Assembly: GCF_026571515.1 (NCBI RefSeq)
Contig: NW_026859660.1
Coordinates: forward strand, 1-58,385
DNA length: 58,385 nucleotides
From: Ruditapes philippinarum
Lineage: Eukaryota
Reading direction: 5' to 3'
Positions within the stretch are counted from its first letter, which is position 1; each line of letters starts with the position of its first letter. The notes under the pieces are model-generated. The model was not told the DNA's origin. It made no database searches and saw only the letters and a program-made list of their open reading frames with translations. This document shows, piece by piece, positions 14,101 to 27,189 of this stretch. Position numbers and translations under genes: made by a program.

Positions 14101-14532
14101 TTGTTAAATGAATTTGACGTATGTCAGAAACTGATATAAACATATCAGTTAAAACAATGTAGAGTATTTTAAATTTACACAAAATCATGGGAATTTGTAT
14201 TGGCGGAATCAAAGTAATTAATTTTGAAAACAAAATAAATTTATATGACACAATATAGTTCTAAGCAGTTGTAAGTAATTTATTCTATCAGACCTGTCAG
14301 ACAGAGTACCACATGCATAGTACATGTGTTCGACTTCATAGGAGCGAATGAGACCTGTTCAGATGTTTGAATCAAAATAACAAAGACGCATGAGCTTACA
14401 GTTTCATTTATTGCAATTTGTGTGGTTTTTTTCAGATATAAACAAAGAATACCTTAGATTTAAAATAAAAATAAGAGAACAGAAGATGATCATTGCTCTT
14501 TATTTAAAATAATGTATGATTTTATGATCACT

Positions 14533-14610
14533 CATCGTCGGATACCCACGGCCGAACCATTTACATGCATGTTATGTGACATGTTTATCAATCGTGGGTA
14601 TCCGACGATG
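14533..14610. mobile_element. 78-bp MITE with perfect 18-bp TIRs and 9-bp TSD
   Basis: CATCGTCGGATACCCACG ... CGTGGGTATCCGACGATG, flanked on both sides by ATGATCACT. Confidence 0.88.
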
Positions 14611-16194
14611 ATGATCACTTTGTCATTATGGAATTGTTCAAATATATCTTTATACATGAACTCGTTTGGTTAAATATAAATCTCACATTACGAACTCTAG
14701 ACAAATTATTAATCGAATAAAAGTCAATCTATGGAATACTGTGTATGTTAAAATTTCCAAGGATTTCATAAATTTATCATGAAAACACCCTTTGATGATA
14801 TCTCTTAATCAATATACGAGGTAAAACAGATACCACTGCTATAGATGTTCGTTATAACAGTCTTAAAAAGTAAATGTAAATGGTTTACATAATTATCATT
14901 TTGTTTCTCTGAACCGATTTGTCTCAAATTCTTCAATAGAAGGACAATAAAGCAAAGACAGCAATTTAAACAATAAAAATGTAAAAATATCCTGACAAGT
15001 GTATTATAATACAGGTAAACAAACACAAAATTAACACTAGACATTTAAAAAAAAACACACACAAAACAATGTCGTCAAATATCTGTTATAATGATTTGTA
15101 GTGGAATCAATCTCTTCCGTCATTGAAACATACTTTCCAACAATTCTAAATATGTCACGTTCAATTACTATTTTATGATGTCTGAAAAGGAAAACAGTAC
15201 AGCTTAAAGGCACTTGATTGACAACGCACTGGTATAAAATGACTTAAACAGATATCCCGTTAAATTAAATGGTAGAGTGTTTACGAAAAAAGCAAGAAAG
15301 TCTTATAGATTTGTAAGAGTTCATTGACTAAATTAAGAAAAAAGTTTTTCGAGTAAGCTTCCATGCATTTTCTTTTGCTTCGCATTTGAAGTATTATTCA
15401 TAGTAACATTGTTACAATGAATAACACATATGATTATATAGGAAATATTTACAGAAAATGGGTATGGCTTTCGTATTTTGCTCTGGAGTGACCCTTGCGG
15501 GTGGAATTGGCGTCAAAAGACGCGGTTTATTTTTTATGATGTCATTATGATATAGACTAAATATGTTATATATAGTATGTATGTAATGTACCTGCCCCGT
15601 TGATGTCGTTTACTTAAGTAGCAAATTGGAAATTACGAAAAGGGTATTGTACTTAAATCAAGTTTTGTTACATTAACATCGACTTCCAAGAGGCTAAAAT
15701 ATTCATGATAAAAAGGATACTTGTTCAACGTCACGAACGATGCGTTCCTTCCAGATAAAGGAAAAATACAAATATAATTAACTTCCAAAGATTAGCCTCC
15801 AATTAGTTAGCAGTTGTCAATTTTACAATATGCACAATAAGATCAATTGTATTTGACATTAAATAACTTATTACTTATAATGCGTTTTAGCTGTAACACT
15901 TAAAGCAAAATACGATTGTTGTAAATTGAATATCATTAGCATAGATATTGTAAATAATGGGGACAGCGTTTATCAAACTTTTTTTCTCATTATACTTTTT
16001 GTCTGATATAAAAATGAAACTTTAGCAAAACAGACTCTTTTAAAAACAAAAACCAGGCAAGGTTCATCAACAGAAACATGTCAATGCATAATGATGTCGT
16101 TTTGCTTTATCGAACACAAAAATGTTTTCAGTTGAACATGGTTCTGTACAGTCAAAACAATGTTTTAATACCCGCCACAAACGAAGTTATTAGT

Positions 16195-16590
16195 CAGATT
16201 GTCGGTCGGTCCACATCATGGTTTTCGGATAATAACTATAGTTTGAGATTTTGTAATCAAACATGGTATATAGCAACCTTATGTGAAAAACCCGGTGGGT
16301 ACTGCATTTGGATCCCCTGGGGCTAGGATTAAGTTCACCGTAACTAAAAATAAATAAGATGTTTCCGGACAATAACTATATAAGGAATGGGATATTGTAA
16401 TCAAACTTGGTGTAAAGCAAGCTTATATAAAGATCCCTGTTGGTATTTCATTTGAACCCATGGGGCAAGGTCAAGGTCACCGTTACTAAAATAGAAAAAT
16501 GGTTTACGGACAATAGTTAGAGTTAGAAATGAAATATTGTAATCACACTTGGTGTATAGCAAGCTTATATGAAGACCCCGGTTGGTACAG
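16195..16590. mobile_element. Fragment of tandem-repeat-bearing non-autonomous element (about 140-bp unit x3)
   Basis: GTCGGTCGGTC followed by units starting TTT(T/C/A)CGGA(T/C)AATA at about 16223, 16363 and 16503; contains CAAGGTCAAGGTCAC. Confidence 0.75.
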
Positions 16591-17939
16591 AATTAATTGA
16601 AATAATTCTTTATACACAGTTGATACTCTTTTTACTATTGGTTGAGTTTAAATTTTTCTTCAGGCCACTTATTTTTTACAAAGTCAAAGTTGCTGTTGGC
16701 GCTAATGATTACATTCAGTGATAGCTCTAGTTGGACTTGTAACTAGCTTGGAAAATCATATTCAATTTGGTTTCTAGTTATGTATACTTGTTTTCGATAA
16801 ACAATATTGATAAATTATATTCAAGAAATATTTAATTTGAAAATATTTATAATGTTTACATCTATATTGGTATAAACATTGATCCTTTAATTCATTTAAA
16901 ACTGAACTGACCAGTTGTGAAATGCAAATATCAATATAATATGTCTGAGTGTATTATTTATTGGACTCCTTTGAATCGTGCAATTTAAATTTAACTCTTG
17001 TGTATATTTCATTTATCATCTCTTGCAGATTTTACAAGTTTAAGTGCATCACTTGATACATTTAAGAATTTCTTTGCTTTTACTACGCTTTTTGATCTCA
17101 GTGAGTTGATATCTAATATAAAAGGCGGCATGTTATATGTATTACAACTTTTAATTGGTTATTTAACATGTTATTTTGGCTTGAGTTTTACATTTAGACA
17201 AAACAAAACATTCATACTGTCACAAAGGGTGTGTAGATATGTTATGAAGTACGGGATATATTCGTAAAACTGAAATTTGTTTACGAAACTCCAGCCATTG
17301 AAAGTGTTAATTATAACCTGATATAATATAGTTACAAATTATTTCAAAGTATCTTGTAGGGAAACATTATAATTTATTGTTATACAGCAAAAACAATAAC
17401 AATGTATAAAAATGAACAGTTATTCAATCATTTTTAGTTACACCACAAATTGATGTTGTTATTAGTTTGCACCGATCGATATATATTTAAAGTTTTGAAA
17501 AAAAAAACTCATTGAACCTAATATTTTTGCAGGAGTTATATTGCGCTATGTTTGTTCCGTTTCGTATGTTTAGACATTTGTTATCACTTTGATGAATAAA
17601 CACGCTTAGAATATTCAGCACGTTTATTTGTAATACAATAACAGAAATATCATATGTTTCGCTGTGAACCATATCTTATGTTAGATTTATCTCTATAGTT
17701 CAAATGTGGTAGACAAATTACAAAAATGTAACCGATTCTTATAACATCTTGAACGTGTGGTACAGGTATACATAAAGCTATCTAAAAATTGACATTATTA
17801 TTATTTTTTGTATTTCATTCCACAAGAAATGGAGATGATTCCGTGAAAACAACAAAAATCGTTTTCTTCAGTTCTCAAAAAGCATATTAATTACCCAATC
17901 TTTTAAAATTTAAATGCTTTTACAAGGTTTTGTCTAGTT

Positions 17940-18245
17940 TTGATTATCAAGACCTTCTAAAGTATAAATATTAACGTTTGAACATTGCAATATAATTTTC
18001 AAATGATTCTTATAAAGTCATCAAGATATTCAATATCAAATATTTAGACATTTAAGTAATAGTATAAAGACATCTATTATACTTATCATGACATCCAATG
18101 TGATTAATCAAGGCATTTTATTTAAGAAACCTAAGCGGGATATTCCGTTATAATCATAGAAAAAAATCATAGTTATTAGGTCATCAATACATTCAATTAC
18201 AATTATAAAGACATTCAAATGTGATTATCATTACATTCCATTATA
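17940..18245. repeat. Degenerate minisatellite, about 21-22 bp period
   Basis: Variants of TATCAAGACATTCA at about 17944, 18018, 18042, 18063, 18084, 18106, 18181, 18204 and 18226. Confidence 0.6.
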
Positions 18246-20336
18246 CTTTTTTAAATTCCATTATGATATTCCATAACTACAAATTCCATTCGAGTTCCGT
18301 CGAATGCATCTACAAAAAGCTGAATTTCGCCATTGTTGTTCATACGTAAGATTTTGAAATTGTTATTATCACGTATACGTTTTTGGATTCCAAACGTTAA
18401 AAAAGGAACAGATCCAATATCACACACGCGATTTATATTGTTGATTTTAATCAGATTGGGCAATACAAAACGAGGACAAGTGAAGATTAAAATATACATA
18501 TAGATTATACTTTATTGGTGACGCCAATGAGCGGTGTCTTTTTTTTATGGAATGCTTCGTTTTTTTTGCCCATTATACATTATAAGAGTTGTTATTATTA
18601 GAAGATTATGTCACGCTGTGTTTATAAGTTTTATTTTTGATTCTAAAAAACCAATTAAACACATATGTTGTTCAATTAGTATTTAATAATTTTAGTTGAA
18701 AAACACAAAAAAACATGTGCATTGTGATATTTTTTTTCATGAAATGGCAGGCTCAGTTTAACAACTTATCCTTAGCTTTATTGGCAAATCTAAATGTCGT
18801 ATTCCGAATAGCGTTGTGCTCTACATTGATGTCAATTGTATTTTTGTCTTTTTAATAATTTTGTATTTTCTATGTTTGGGGCTTTCTCTTTGGTTTCAGG
18901 TTTTCTCTATTTTAAGGCGAAGTAACTTATGTTTACTAAATTGTTTGTTCTCTTCTATCTGTCTAAGGTTTTACATTCTATATTTGATGTATATAAACAA
19001 TATGGTTAATGGCAGTGCACTCTACAGACTATACAATACCTTTCTTTTTATAATATTGTTGATAAATAAAATATTGAGAAAATTTACCAGTTGTTAAGTA
19101 CATCAAAAGCTTGTAGGCATTAAGGATTGAATATTGATAGATGTTTTTTTGATTGGCTTTTTATCCCTTAGACTGGATACTTCTAGTGTGTTAAGTAAGT
19201 ACATACCTGGAGGTCTTCTTTTACAGGAATTGTCTAATCACTATGTAAAATTAATTAATATTTTCTATTAATAAAATAACCTGTGCTAACAATGAAAGGT
19301 AGAAATCAAAACTATGCATATAGGTTCCCAAGTCCATGTAATATTAAACAGGGTCCTAGCCGCTAGGTCACATGTAATGTAAAAGTATGTAGGTGCAAAT
19401 CATGATAAAATAGATTGGCGTCGCCTTTGATGGTTTGCATCAATGCTTTTCTTGTTTACTTTTATTTTCCCCGAACAGAAGGATAATTTGTGACACCAAT
19501 ATCTATTTTGTCGTATTATTTCATTTTTTTTGTCAAAAAAGAAAGTGGGTCAGCATTGACATAATATATCAGTTTCTCTTATACATTATGGGTAAACTAC
19601 GTTTGAAGCAGATTAAAATGACACAGAAGCATCCACAAGGTGTCTAGTACAAAGATTTAATGTTCTGTAAATTGTTTTCCAAGACGACGAGATACATTTC
19701 TTAATGATAAGTTAGTGTGTGTGTTAAAAATGTTATACTAAATTCTGTCAAATAAATGTGTCAGTCTTTTGAACCGTCACTAGGATACTACAAATATTTC
19801 ATTAATTTTATTTGTTGGAGGAATTTCATTAAGGTATATTTGTTACTCACTGTCCATTATAGAAAATTTATTTAAAAATCATGTATAAAACAATCAAAAG
19901 AAGCAACTGAATGTAATTATAAACGTAGGGTAGTATGTAGTATTCATCGTATTTTTTAATGTTGAGAAATGATGACACTAACAAAAGTGCATCATTTTGT
20001 ACAGCATATCTGCCTGATATGGATGATTCAATTAGTAGTTAGTTTATTTTAAGGCCAAGGGAGTAAACATGGGGCAAATAACAATGAAACAACGAATAAC
20101 TTTCATTGTGTCTTGTGTTTTAGTAACAAAGTTAGAACATGTAGAATAATCAAATAATCGAAAAACGTCTTGTGAGAACGTTGATTAAATATTGCATGTG
20201 ATATGTTACGCTCGTCACATGTTCGATAGCGTCATTAACATACCATTTTTCTTATCACAAGGCCTTTCTAAAAGAAAAGAATTACTTCCTTGATATATAT
20301 TTTCATTTACTGCATTTTGAGACTTAATCAGCTTCA

Positions 20337-20595
20337 TTATCCCTCGCCGAAAGGCGGCGGGGGATATAAAAATAGTCTCCGTCCTTCCGTCCGACATTTT
20401 TGTCCGGAGCATATCTCAAAACGTATTTGAGGTATCAACTTGAAACTTCATAGGCGGATAGATCATATTGAGGAAAAGTGCAATGCACAAGAATGATAAC
20501 TCTACCATGCATAACTTTTGAGATAACATGCATAACATTCTTCCAGTGAAGAAACACATTCGGCGAGGGATGGCCATGTTGACACGGCTCTTGTT
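20337..20595 (-). mobile_element. Short HINE/MITE-like element
   Basis: Terminal hairpin ATCCCTCGCCGAAAGGCGGCGGGGGATA, (GTCC)-like microsatellite, subterminal inverted repeat TCGGCGAGGGAT, end CTTGTT. The core resembles the 35862-36964 repeat unit. Confidence 0.8.
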
Positions 20596-23034
20596 ATTTT
20601 TGAAATAGGAATAGCTAGGTTTAACAGCTTTACAAATATCGTTGAAGTAACTGTGCAGATAGCAGATGAATAGGATAAATAGAAGTGAAAAAAAGTATAT
20701 TTTCATCGTAGCCGGACTGTATATGAATGCAAATGAAAAGAAAATATCTGAATTAAGTGGACATATTGTCAGAAACACACTCCGTCGTAAAGAAAATGTG
20801 TTTAATTACGACAAATCCATGAATTTCCGCATAAATTATTTTCAAAATGTACCAAATTTACAGAATTACTTTTTGAACAAGAGCAATGTCACGTCACGAT
20901 TTGATGAATGACAGGGCATGACGTTACGTGGTAAAGAATCAGTAAAAACGACTGAAAACAATTAACCGCATGAAATAAATATACTATGTGTGTGCTTTGT
21001 ATGTAATATCAAATTATCTCAAGAACACCAACTATCTGAAATACATTTCACTCTTACATACAAAACAAACAAATACATCTATGTATGTATACTGTATCAG
21101 TATCAATATTTGAGATTCTGTAGGAGAGAAAGTCTAATTCAAGAACATACAGTGAATTAAATGAGTATGTGTATTGAAATATATCACCCGTCCGATGAAA
21201 AATGTTCCTGTCGTTAGAATGAATAAACCCAAACTGTAAAAGGATACACACTATTAATCAATAATAACTCCGACCAGACTGAATATATTGAATATAATTT
21301 TCCATAATCTATGCGTAATATTTTAGATAACATTCGAAATATGTACATTGTACTGAATAGATTAGAAATAGTCAACCAATGTTGGTCCTAACTGGTCGCA
21401 TTGTCAAGTTATGTTGCCGCGAGCAGGTTAATGGTATTAAATTGGCGTACAACGTATCCATATCTATGTTAGCTCTAATATCTTGATAAAACTCTTTAAT
21501 CTGCAGATTTTCGAAAGTGTTCAATAACCGTTTCCTTGACAAGAATTTCGGTGGTTATTTATCGTTTTGTCTACATTATCACTTCCTTTAAACGGGACTT
21601 AATGGATTATTTGTAAGACAACATAGTTCATCAAATATTTATTAACGGGTTTAATTACGTCTGGCATTTCTATTAATATCAAAATAAATTAGTTCACTTG
21701 ATGCTTGGTGGTCTATAAAATTTGCTTTATCCGCGTCAATATCTAACCTATTACAACCCAATCAGTCACCTATCAGTCGGATCGGAAGGAAAAACAAATA
21801 ATTACAGATCATGGTAATGTAAGTAAATGTTTCTCTGGAATAATGAACAATAGCGTCAGTGATAGTTTGATTATAGATAAATATCAAATGTGTTTTATGT
21901 GCACAAAACAAAGCCTAACTCGACTAACAGTATAAACAGTCAGTTTCAGAAAAGGCACTTAGATATTTTCATGTGTTATAACAATTGTAGTAAAAATGAA
22001 ATTAAAACTGTGCGATAGTTTAATAGTTACAAAGCAAGTTATTCGTTTCGTATTCATTTTCTTATCTTTTTAATTTTTTTTATATTAACAAAAGGATCGA
22101 AAAAAAATTGTTCAAATCAAATGATTGATTATGATTATTTAACTTCATTTAAACAAATAATAACTACAATACATGTACCCGTATACAATCAATGAAAAGA
22201 ACTGCCCAATCGCTTTACCATAGCAGATTAAAAGCTCTTTCGAAATATTAAATATTTCACTCATGTGATGAATTCTTTTAATCTACTTTCATCTCATCAA
22301 TGAGATATTGAAAATCATAATACAATAATGCTACAAACCAACGTACGCCAAGCATTGCAATATTTAGGTAGAGAAATCTATATATTCCCATGATACTTGA
22401 CCTTCCATTTTAAAGAATCAAATGTAATAACGATTGACATGACGCTGAGGAAAAGTCATCAAACTTGTTTGCTAGGCAATAATTATAATCTAAATTTTAT
22501 GGAGATTGTGCCTTTTGTGTGTATTGTAATCAAATTGTCCACAAAGAATGCCTGCAAATAATCTAATTGTGTGGAAAATGTGATTTGCACCAACTGACAT
22601 AAAACTGTCAGCATTAAGTAAACAAATCATTAGTTTTTGTTCCTATAATTGTCGCTGTTATAATTATTAGAATTGTTTGTTTAATGCGATTTACCGGACG
22701 GATCAGTTAATCAACTAAACAGATTAAAGAGTATCATGTTGCAATCATGGAAGTACTATTTAAAACAAATCATAATTGACTATTTGTCAAAGGTTCACTA
22801 TTTTCAGGAACATTTTATTCCAAATCAGATTTATCTATGTTCCTTATAAAATGCACACAATGTTAAGACTGTATAGAAATTCGAATTCTGTCTTGACTTA
22901 AAAATGCCTGCCTTAGTCATTTTGGTTATGTACAAAGGCGATTTAAGTTAAACCGTTGTGAGTAAAGATTTTGTCAAACTAACTAAAAGATGGTCGGTAG
23001 TCGGACGTGACAAAGCCATGTGTGAAATACTAAA

Positions 23035-23170
23035 TATCTTGAAAAACGCGATCCAGCAGCAAAATAGATTCGGATTGATTGTGTCTGTACATGAGGTATA
23101 ATGAATATGTGCAACATCCCGCACTCATCCCCCTTTCACCGGCTTGAGCGATGCTCAATTCTTAGGACTT
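23035..23170 (-). other. Decayed copy of the structured element (paralogue of 4423-4600 through the segmental duplication)
   Basis: GTGCAACATCCCGCAC...CACCGGCTTGAGCGATGCTCAATTCT, in the same flanking context as the 4.5 kb copy. Confidence 0.75.
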
Positions 23171-25415
23171 TATTTGGTTTTTTTAGGATATAAACATTAT
23201 TAAAATGCTGAAAACTTACAAAAATACTTATTAGTATTATATGATCTTTAACAGAAGCGTCCTCTTTAGAAAGTCAAATAATTTCTTAAAAGGTTCCGAA
23301 TTGTGGTAACAAGAAATACAATCAACCGGACCAAGTACATTTCTCTAAGAGTTGTTTTCATTATAACACTGAATCTATATAAGAGGTTTATTCAATTCAT
23401 CATTGTAATGCAAATGCAAATTTTGCTAGCGACTCAAACTAGAAAAGACAATGAGCATATAACTTTTAACCCCATTATTTTATAATACCATTTTCGATCT
23501 TCAGCATTTAATGCCCTTGAAATATAGTTTCCAACGCCTAAATTTTGCGTGTCAAAACAAATCAGGAGGCTTCCTGTTAAAGAAAATAGATGATACGTTG
23601 TCCCTTCTTTCCCTTGCCCACATGGGCAAAAGAAAAATCGATCTTTCGTAAGGTGATGTAACGCACACCCTGAATACAGTTCGAAAATAATTTGCCAAAT
23701 ACATTAAATTTTAATTTGATTTGGATAAATATGTTCGTCTTTTAAAAAAATAATCATTTACCTTGGGAAAACGTTGCTTTATTTTTTGTTCCACAAAATT
23801 GCAAAACCACATTAACGACATTTTTACTAGACTAGTGCTATTACAATGTGGACAAACTGTAGTAGGAAATTTTATAATGGAATTGAATTGGAAATTATTT
23901 ATTACCCTAGTTCTAATTGCAACATGAAACAGTACTTCAGGTGCAGATTCTCATTTGTTTTAACAAAGTTTTTTCTTCATGGAACACTTAAATATACCAA
24001 TGGCATAATCCTCCGGGAAAACCTTACACCTTATTTCAATTTTGTTTTCAGATGATTTGACGTATGTCAGTTTCTGACATTGAGATATAAATTGAAACGT
24101 TGCAGTGTGTAAATTAACATCCGATGGTGGTGCGTTATGTATCCGGAATACAGAATGTACACCCAATATCAGTATTTGAAGGAATACAGTATCTCAAACA
24201 CTTTTAACTGTAAGAAGGATACATATATTATTAATTGAAGAAGTTGCTTGTAATGTAAACCGTATTTTAATTGGCACATGTGCAGTAAATATTGATTATG
24301 TGAACATCCCGAATATGTCCCGAGTATTTATTCAAATCATATAACAGCATGCAAATGCTTTTAATATTTTATATGTTTCAAAACCAAAAAAAAAAAGATA
24401 AAATTTTTCATTTTATTTGAAAAGTTTTTTTTTTTAAATAATAGTAATATCAAATGTTGACATTTTTGTCATAATTCGCCGGATGTAATTTGCATTTATT
24501 ATTGTTCTTCAGAAATGCGCACAGTGTTGAATGGACTAGACAATTGTTTATTTACATTCTACTAGATATATTATCTCATAGCCAATACACTGTATTTCGG
24601 AATAAAGTAAGCAGTATTACAGTTATAAAAACGATTAATGCTGAAAGATAGGATTTTTTATTAAAGACAAAGAAGCAAACTATACCATCTGCCAAGTAAA
24701 TATTAAATTAGTTGCTGTAGTATTTAGTATTAAAGACCGGACAGATGTAACGTTCTGCATTCTCAATAAAACTGTTGCCTAAAGATTTTGAATACATTAT
24801 TCTTATTATCACTGTTATATTGTATCCAATTAAAGGAATGAATTAACTTCTTTTATCATCCATTCAAAGTACATAAAAGCAAACCAAATTGTATTATTCA
24901 TGTTTGGTATATTTTAACTGTATTGAAACTTTAGAGAAAAACTGCTCAATACTGATACATTTGTTTCACAAAAGTTTAAATTTAGATCCCAAAGATATTG
25001 CTTAAGTATTACATGTATTTCAGTCTATGGATACAATAACGGGAATCAATCATTGTGTCAAAGATATTTCATGTCTTGTAGACATTGCAGCGTTATTATA
25101 ATTTCTTAAATTGTGAGTTTTATTTGTCATAGAATTACTAATAAAAGAGATTTGGAACTTAATCGTTTACGAAATGGAAACAACATTGTAGTTATAATGT
25201 TCCAATTTCTTACTTAAGAGACATAATTATTACAATTACAGGATAACAATCAATATGCATTGGTGCTTTAGAAAATTCCATTTCAGGAGACATCTTTTAC
25301 GTATCTATAACAGCTCAATTGTAAAATAATTTAAGCTTCAAATATGTCACTGTTCTTGCTTTCAAAATGTCACTGTATTTTATTCTGTTTCAATGCAGCT
25401 GTTGTAATTTCTTTT

Positions 25416-26530
25416 TATTTTATGCTTTTTCAGTCGATTACTGATTTATCCGTGAAAATTATCAAAATATAATTTCACACTTTTCAATAACGAAACTACT
25501 TTTAAAGATTTCCCCATGTGGCAAATCAATTTCATTTTTGCTGACAATTCTGACAATGTCAGGCTTTTAAAAGAAAAGCATAGCTGAAATTGATAAATAA
25601 CTTAAATGTCAAAAGTAATAAAAAGAGGAAAACTTACTTATTTTCATTCAAATTCTAATCACCAAATATCGTCATTAATTTTCTTTGTTTCATTTTTACA
25701 GTCTGAAAAATGCATATCTTCCGCATGCAAAACTGCTTTTGGTGACTTTTGGGCATATTTACGTATCCTACATGCAATACCTGCCGTATGCTTTATGAAC
25801 ACTTGAAAAGCAATGACAGCCATCAGCCTGAAGAATAAGTTAACATTACAGCGTTCGTAAGGCAGCCTTTGAACAATTCCAAGTTTTCCATTTTCCTAGC
25901 CACTTTTTGAATGTTTTCACATATGTCGACACTTATTTGTTGTCTGTTATAATCCTCAAATAAATTTTCTTTCTTTAAAAAGGTGTATGACTAACAAATC
26001 CAAATGATATCCCTCTGAATCAAACTATTATTTTCCTCCCGTGAATTACACAACTTTTAAAAATGGCGGATGCTTACATTTAACATAGCCAGGTCTAATA
26101 TAAATTCGCAGTAAGTAACAGAAATATGAATGGATGTTTGGATTTTTCTCCGACTAGAATTGTAGCGATCATTCATATTTTTTTAATAAAATGAATAATA
26201 TCACCATCATTTAACGTTGATTGTCGAACTTCTTTTGCAACCCAAGACTTCTTGTATTAAATTAGAAATTCCGACTAAATGAGGCTCTCAATAGCGAAAA
26301 ACAGGTTTTAATATTAACATTAATTTTATAGAAATTTCGTTTTAACTTGTTTTTAAGGATAAAATAAAAATAAAATTGTTTGTTTGTTGTGTAAGATGTA
26401 ATTTTATTTCATCTCTTGAACTATAAAAACAGTATTCTCACGAGTGGCTACGCAAAAAATACTGTTTTTAAAGCCCACTCGATGAAATAAAATTTCATCT
26501 TACACACAAACAAACAAATATCCTCTATAT
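25416..26530 (-). mobile_element. 1.1-kb insertion ending in a long hairpin; possibly Crypton-related non-autonomous element
   Basis: Absent from paralogues (11690-11705 is the empty site). About 140-bp imperfect palindrome at 26376-26518 followed by ATCCTCTATAT. No clear TSD. The family assignment is tentative. Confidence 0.65.
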
Positions 26531-27189
26531 CTTTGTTTATGTGTAATGTTGTTTAAAGAAATCATGCTACCTAATTACACAAAGTACTAATCTTTATCAT
26601 TAAATATTTGGTAATTTATGTGAAGACTTGAATTGTTGTATATATTTTTACATGTTCACTATTTTTTATGTTATAATACTCACATGAGTTTGCTAAACAT
26701 GGTTGCTTGTTTGTAATGAGGTGGGGAATTGCTGCGTTTGGAATGTACAAATTTATTTTAAAGTTTTACAATTCGATAGAAATGTACACAAGTCCATGTA
26801 CTATTGTAATATTTTGAATTATTAACAACAACAGCGATTTTATTTGGACGTATTTAATGCGTTTATTTTTCTCTCTCGAAATTAGTTAAATAGCTATACA
26901 TGTTTTTTCTCTGATATTCTAGGACTTGTATCGGATCAGGTATAATTCTTGACATTGAAACAACAATCGTGTTTAAGCTTGATAAATGAGATATCATATT
27001 GTATCATTATCTCGTGCAGACTAATGGAATAATTGTCAGATATCTTCAGATTCCGCTTGCTGATTAGTATCATTTTTGGCTAAAATGGTGTATTTTGTGC
27101 ATGTGTTTTCTGTTGTTAAAAGATTCGTATAGATAAAAAAATAATCGGTACAAGCTTACAGCCTATCCGAAATAATATTTATTTTATCA

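Larger units (their letters stand above)
7820..15950 (+). repeat. Copy B of the duplication unit (rearranged, one block inverted)
   Basis: 7820-8560 matches 14890-15830 and 29750-30450; 9740-10400 matches 23730-24480; 10470-13390 is collinear with 5300-7360 and 24500-28800. Confidence 0.88.
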
